A DNA stretch of 64,000 nt from Candidatus Bathyarchaeum tardum (GTDB lineage: Archaea; Thermoproteota; Bathyarchaeia; Bathyarchaeales; Bathyarchaeaceae). The stretch is taken from contig CP122380.1 in NCBI GenBank assembly GCA_024650005.2, positions 2,080,001 through 2,144,000 on the forward strand, given 5' to 3'. Below, one piece after another: positions 60,307 to 64,000 of this stretch (its first letter is position 1; every line of letters starts with the position of its first letter). Under the pieces are notes generated by a model. The model was not told the DNA's origin. It made no database searches and saw only the letters and a list, made by a program, of their open reading frames with translations. The position numbers and the translations under genes are program-made.

Positions 60307-61189
60307 TTAAGTGGTGTTTGGATCGCGTTCTTCACAAACCATGCCGCTACACTGGTATTTGCTTTCAAGTTCAATTGTAGAGTGTTCGATGTGGTGCTTG
60401 AGGAGTGTTTCTTTGATGGCGTGCTTTGTTGGTTCAGGGCTTTTGAGAGTCTGATTATCCAGTACTACGTGGGCGGTAAATACGTCAGTTTCTCCTTCTA
60501 GAGACCATATGTGAATGTCATGGATTCCAAGTACCCCTGTGATTTTTTGAAGGTCAGCTTTGACTCCTTCAAGGTTGATGTGTTTGGGGACACCTTGCAT
60601 GAGGATGTTGATTGCTTCTCGCAGATTTTTGGCTACGTTGTAAATGATGAACACGGTTAAGCCGATGGTCATTAACGGGTCCAGAATGAAGATTTCCCAG
60701 AAGTAAATTATTGCGCCGCCAACAAGTATTGCTGCCCAGCCCAGAACGTCTTCCAGCAGGTGCCATGATAGTACTTTTTCGTTTAGGCTTTCCCCTTTTT
60801 TTAGCATTATGAATCCTGCGCCGTTAAACAAAATACCGATTAGGGCGATGCCTACCATCCCCCAAAGAATTTACGGTTTCGGGGTTTAGAAGTCTGGGGA
60901 TTGCTTGGAACATGATAAATATTGAGCCCCCTACCAATATAGAGGCAGAAAATATCGCAGAAAACAACGAGAGACGTTGATATCCAAAAGTTCGGTTGGT
61001 GTCAGGGGATTTTTTTGCTCCTCTTTCAAACAACCACGAAACCAGCAATGCAACGCTGTCACCAAAATCGTGCAAAGCATCAGATAATATAGCTAGGCTG
61101 TTGGTCCACAAGCCCCCAAAAATCTCCAAAATGGTAGAAGCTAAATTCAAAAAAGCAACCAAACGAACCCTCTGCTCACGTTCAGGCAT
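60307..61189 (-). pseudogene. cation diffusion facilitator (CzcD/ZitB-like), split by one extra base in a G5 run at 60859-60863
   Basis: SDALHD and TFGYQR in one frame; HLLED, DIHIW and HSTIE in the next. Confidence 0.85.
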
Positions 61190-61408
61190 AAAATACACTA
61201 ACTTTACATTTTGATAAAAAGATATCCAAAACAGCAACTACAATTAAAAACTCTAGAAACTGTTACGCAAACTTCTTTACAATTTATACTGAATAAATTC
61301 AACAAAATTTAAAAAATATTCATGGAAAAATATCTAAAGGGTCATTCAATTTAGATATTAACAATCTTGTGAATATGGCATTCCATTTTGCAACAACAAA
61401 TAATTAGT

Positions 61409-62368
61409 TCATTTTTGTTCGGTTATTTTTGTGCTGACTTTTAGTTTTGGGGGTTTAAGTGTGATTATTGTGCCTTGGGGGATTTTTGTGGTTATCCAGA
61501 CGTTTCCTCCAATTACTGAGTTGTCACCAATTACTGCTTTTTCTCCAAGGATAGAAGCATTGGAATAGATGATTACGTTGTTGCCTACTGTGGGGTGCCG
61601 TTTTATGCCTTTGATGAGTTTGCCTTTTTCATCCCGTGGAAAACTAAGAGCCCCCAACGTTACTCCTTGATAGATTTTCACGTTGTCCCCGATTTCTGCT
61701 GTTTCTCCGATGATGACGCTGGTTCCATGGTCTATGAAGAAGTTCTTTCCAATGGTTGCCCCTGGATGAATATCAATACCCGTTATAGAATGGGCGTATT
61801 CACTCATTATTCTGGGAATCAAAGGAACCCCTCGAACATACAACTGATGAGCAACACGATGAGAAGAAATCGCCAACACACACGGATAACTCAAAATCAC
61901 CTCATCCACACTTCTGGCAGCCGGGTCACCTTCATAAGCTGCTTGAATGTCACCATTCAATAATATTCGAATGTTACAAAGTTCGTCTAAGAGTTCCCCA
62001 ACAATAACCCGGGCAAATTGATTACAAATATCTTCGGAGCATTTTTCACTTTTTTTACAAAAATATTTCAGGCTTTTGTCAACTTCAACAACCAAACGAG
62101 AATATATGGATTCTAAGGTTTTATTCAAGTAATCTGAGATGTTAGTTTTTGTGATTTTTTCTTTTCCAAGATAACCGGGAAACAGTACCGAAATGATGTC
62201 TTCAAAAATTTCAATTACAACTTTTTTTGACGGCAAATCTTTCCCATCAAGATGATTAATTCCACCATAAATGTTGTAATTTTCGGAAATTTCTTTAACC
62301 AGCCGCGGTAAACTGTTTTGTTTCCATTTTTTTTCGTCAACAACAACTTTACTCTTCAAAGTTTCCAT
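61409..62368 (-). CDS. cysE: serine O-acetyltransferase
   Basis: GDPAA, GIDIHPGA, FFIDHGT, QGVTLG and KRHP motifs. Confidence 0.93.
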   Translation of the reverse strand: METLKSKVVVDEKKWKQNSLPRLVKEISENYNIYGGINHLDGKDLPSKKVVIEIFEDIISVLFPGYLGKEKITKTNISDYLNKTLESIYSRLVVEVDKSLKYFCKKSEKCSEDICNQFARVIVGELLDELCNIRILLNGDIQAAYEGDPAARSVDEVILSYPCVLAISSHRVAHQLYVRGVPLIPRIMSEYAHSITGIDIHPGATIGKNFFIDHGTSVIIGETAEIGDNVKIYQGVTLGALSFPRDEKGKLIKGIKRHPTVGNNVIIYSNASILGEKAVIGDNSVIGGNVWITTKIPQGTIITLKPPKLKVSTKITEQK

Positions 62369-62463
62369 TATTTTTTCAGAATCCCACTCAAGAAGCCCTG
62401 CATCAGGGTTGGGTTTAGTTTTCAGGCATTTTTTGGCGCTGATGATATATTCCCCGATTTCGT

Positions 62464-63393
62464 TTATTCTTCTGCCGCATATAAAGAAGTTGTTAAGTAA
62501 CGCTCACCAGTGTCAGGTAAAATTACTACAATGGTTTTATTTTTGTTTTCTGCACGTTGAGCAATCTGCAGCCCAGCAAAAGTAGCAGCTCCAGAAGAAA
62601 TTCCAGCAAGGATTCCTTCATTTTTTGCCAACAAACGAGCAGTTTCTACAGCATCTTCATATTTTACTTTGAAAACTTCATCAAGCAACTCAGTTTTTAG
62701 TATGTCAGGCTTAAATCCCGCACCAATCCCCTGAATCTTGTGAGGTCCAGCTCTCCCTCCAGACAACACTGGAGAATCAAAGGGCTCCACTGCAACTACC
62801 TTGAATGAAGGCTTCAGTTTTTTGATGAACTCAGCAATTCCAGTTACCGTTCCTCCAGTTCCCACCCCAGCAACTAGAATGTCAATTTTTCCAACTGTTG
62901 CTCTCCAGATTTCTGGACCTGTGGTTTCCAGATGAATTTTGGGGTTTGCAAGATTTTGGAACTGTTGAAGAAGAATGGCATTCGGATTTTGTGCAACTAG
63001 TTCTTCTGCTTTTTTGATGGCACCGGGCATTCCTTCTTTGGCCGGAGTAAGAACCAATTCTGCCCCATATGCTTTGAGTAAGCGACGACGTTCTAGGGTC
63101 ATGGATTCAGGCATTGTTAAGATTAGTTTGTAGCCTTTAACTGCACTAACCAGAGCTAACCCAATTCCAGTGTTTCCGCTGGTGGGTTCAATTATTACGG
63201 TGTCTTTGTTGATTTTGCCTTGTTTTTCTGCTTCAAGAATCATGGATAAACCAATTCTGTCCTTTACACTGCCTCCCGGATTTTGGGATTCAATTTTAAC
63301 GAAGATATTGCAGTGTGCATCGTCTGTGATTCGGTTTAGCTTAACTAGGGGAGTATTTCCAATTAGTTCGAGAACAGAATTTTTTGTTTCCAT
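62464..63393 (-). CDS. cysK: cysteine synthase A
   Basis: [24 protein letters not shown] and HKIQGIG motifs. Confidence 0.96.
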   Translation of the reverse strand: METKNSVLELIGNTPLVKLNRITDDAHCNIFVKIESQNPGGSVKDRIGLSMILEAEKQGKINKDTVIIEPTSGNTGIGLALVSAVKGYKLILTMPESMTLERRRLLKAYGAELVLTPAKEGMPGAIKKAEELVAQNPNAILLQQFQNLANPKIHLETTGPEIWRATVGKIDILVAGVGTGGTVTGIAEFIKKLKPSFKVVAVEPFDSPVLSGGRAGPHKIQGIGAGFKPDILKTELLDEVFKVKYEDAVETARLLAKNEGILAGISSGAATFAGLQIAQRAENKNKTIVVILPDTGERYLTTSLYAAEE

Positions 63394-63448
63394 ATTTGGC
63401 ACCCATAACAAATAGGAATATAACACTGTTATAATAATTTTGTCCCAA

Positions 63449-64000
63449 TCACCCTAACTGTTCCAGAATAGCCTTCACACTGTTTAAAGCAGCAAAAGTT
63501 GAAGTCTCCATACTTGATGCTGCAGACTCGATGCCATTAAGATACAGCAAATTATCATCAAGACACATGTTGGGAAGCTTTTGTATTGGCTCAAAAACAG
63601 GGTAAGCTGCACACCAAGTGTGATCAAACACTGTTGCACCCTTTTTGAAAAGTTCATCTACAAAACTGTCCTCCAAAGGTTTTGTGGAGGTAACCGTCAC
63701 CCACGACTCGCCCTTCTTTGTTGATTGATTAATGGAAAAACGGGTAAAAGGATCTGCTTCTTGAGAAGTCAATACGATACTAGGCAACTTGGAAGAAGAC
63801 AAATTAAAGTAACCAGGATTAATTTGACCCTTCATCAGCCGCACATAAATTGTTTGATATTCACGAAGCTGATTTTGAATAGTTACACCATCAAAAGATA
63901 TATTGGCAACCTCCAAAGGAGCGGCAACAATCACAGCATCAAAAACTGAAACCTTTTCTCCAGCATAAACTAGAAAAGTACCGTCAGACAATTTCTCAAC
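63449..64000 (-). CDS. C-terminal part of a prenylcysteine oxidase/lyase-like FAD oxidoreductase (runs off the window)
   Basis: [16 protein letters not shown] and [15 protein letters not shown] motifs. Confidence 0.7.
   Translation of the reverse strand, partial: VEKLSDGTFLVYAGEKVSVFDAVIVAAPLEVANISFDGVTIQNQLREYQTIYVRLMKGQINPGYFNLSSSKLPSIVLTSQEADPFTRFSINQSTKKGESWVTVTSTKPLEDSFVDELFKKGATVFDHTWCAAYPVFEPIQKLPNMCLDDNLLYLNGIESAASSMETSTFAALNSVKAILEQLG

Noticed and set aside
62394-62410. AGCCCTG-CAT-CAGGGTT hairpin between cysK and cysE
   Set aside because: Single short stem with no recognisable riboswitch or T-box motifs
1413-63949. Numerous 60-135 aa ORFs antisense to or nested in well-supported genes (e.g. 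1413..1772, 35403..35750, 52195..52605)
   Set aside because: Shadow ORFs without motifs or ribosome-binding sites

Overview
Archaeal chromosome segment, most consistent with a Bathyarchaeia/TACK-type archaeon. Evidence: intron-containing tRNAs with bulge-helix-bulge (BHB) motifs, Rpo12, Sm protein, RIO2, TYW1, membrane-type LonB, F420/H4MPT genes (mer, CofE-like) and several IPEFP-tailed surface proteins. Most of the window is housekeeping (proC, purE, pyk, pyrH, ahcY, thiI, cysS, ADP-forming acyl-CoA ligase, pdaD, deoxyhypusine synthase, a sugar-nucleotide cluster, cysE/cysK). The accessory patches are: (i) 1-8.1 kb, three tandem beta-helix surface proteins sharing a twin-palindrome promoter that recurs at 25.6 kb, two of them with an identical 141-bp 3' block; (ii) 19.4-21.1 kb, a decayed AT-rich patch with hairpins and Zn-finger micro-ORFs; (iii) 26.9-29.2 kb, a translationally coupled operon next to tRNA-Leu encoding a SocA/YwgA-like wHTH protein, a PIN-domain protein and a divergent TGT-like barrel with a PIP-box-like tail; (iv) 33.1-34.3 kb, a DUF3800 gene with a three-way-junction RNA in its 5' leader, followed by a tRNA-like element; (v) 39.1-40.1 kb, a 37-36-37 repeat-spacer-repeat, a Zn-ribbon microprotein and a pseudogene. 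A TPP riboswitch precedes thiT. The best candidates for an undescribed system are (iii) and (iv). All calls come from manual motif reading; no database searches were run.
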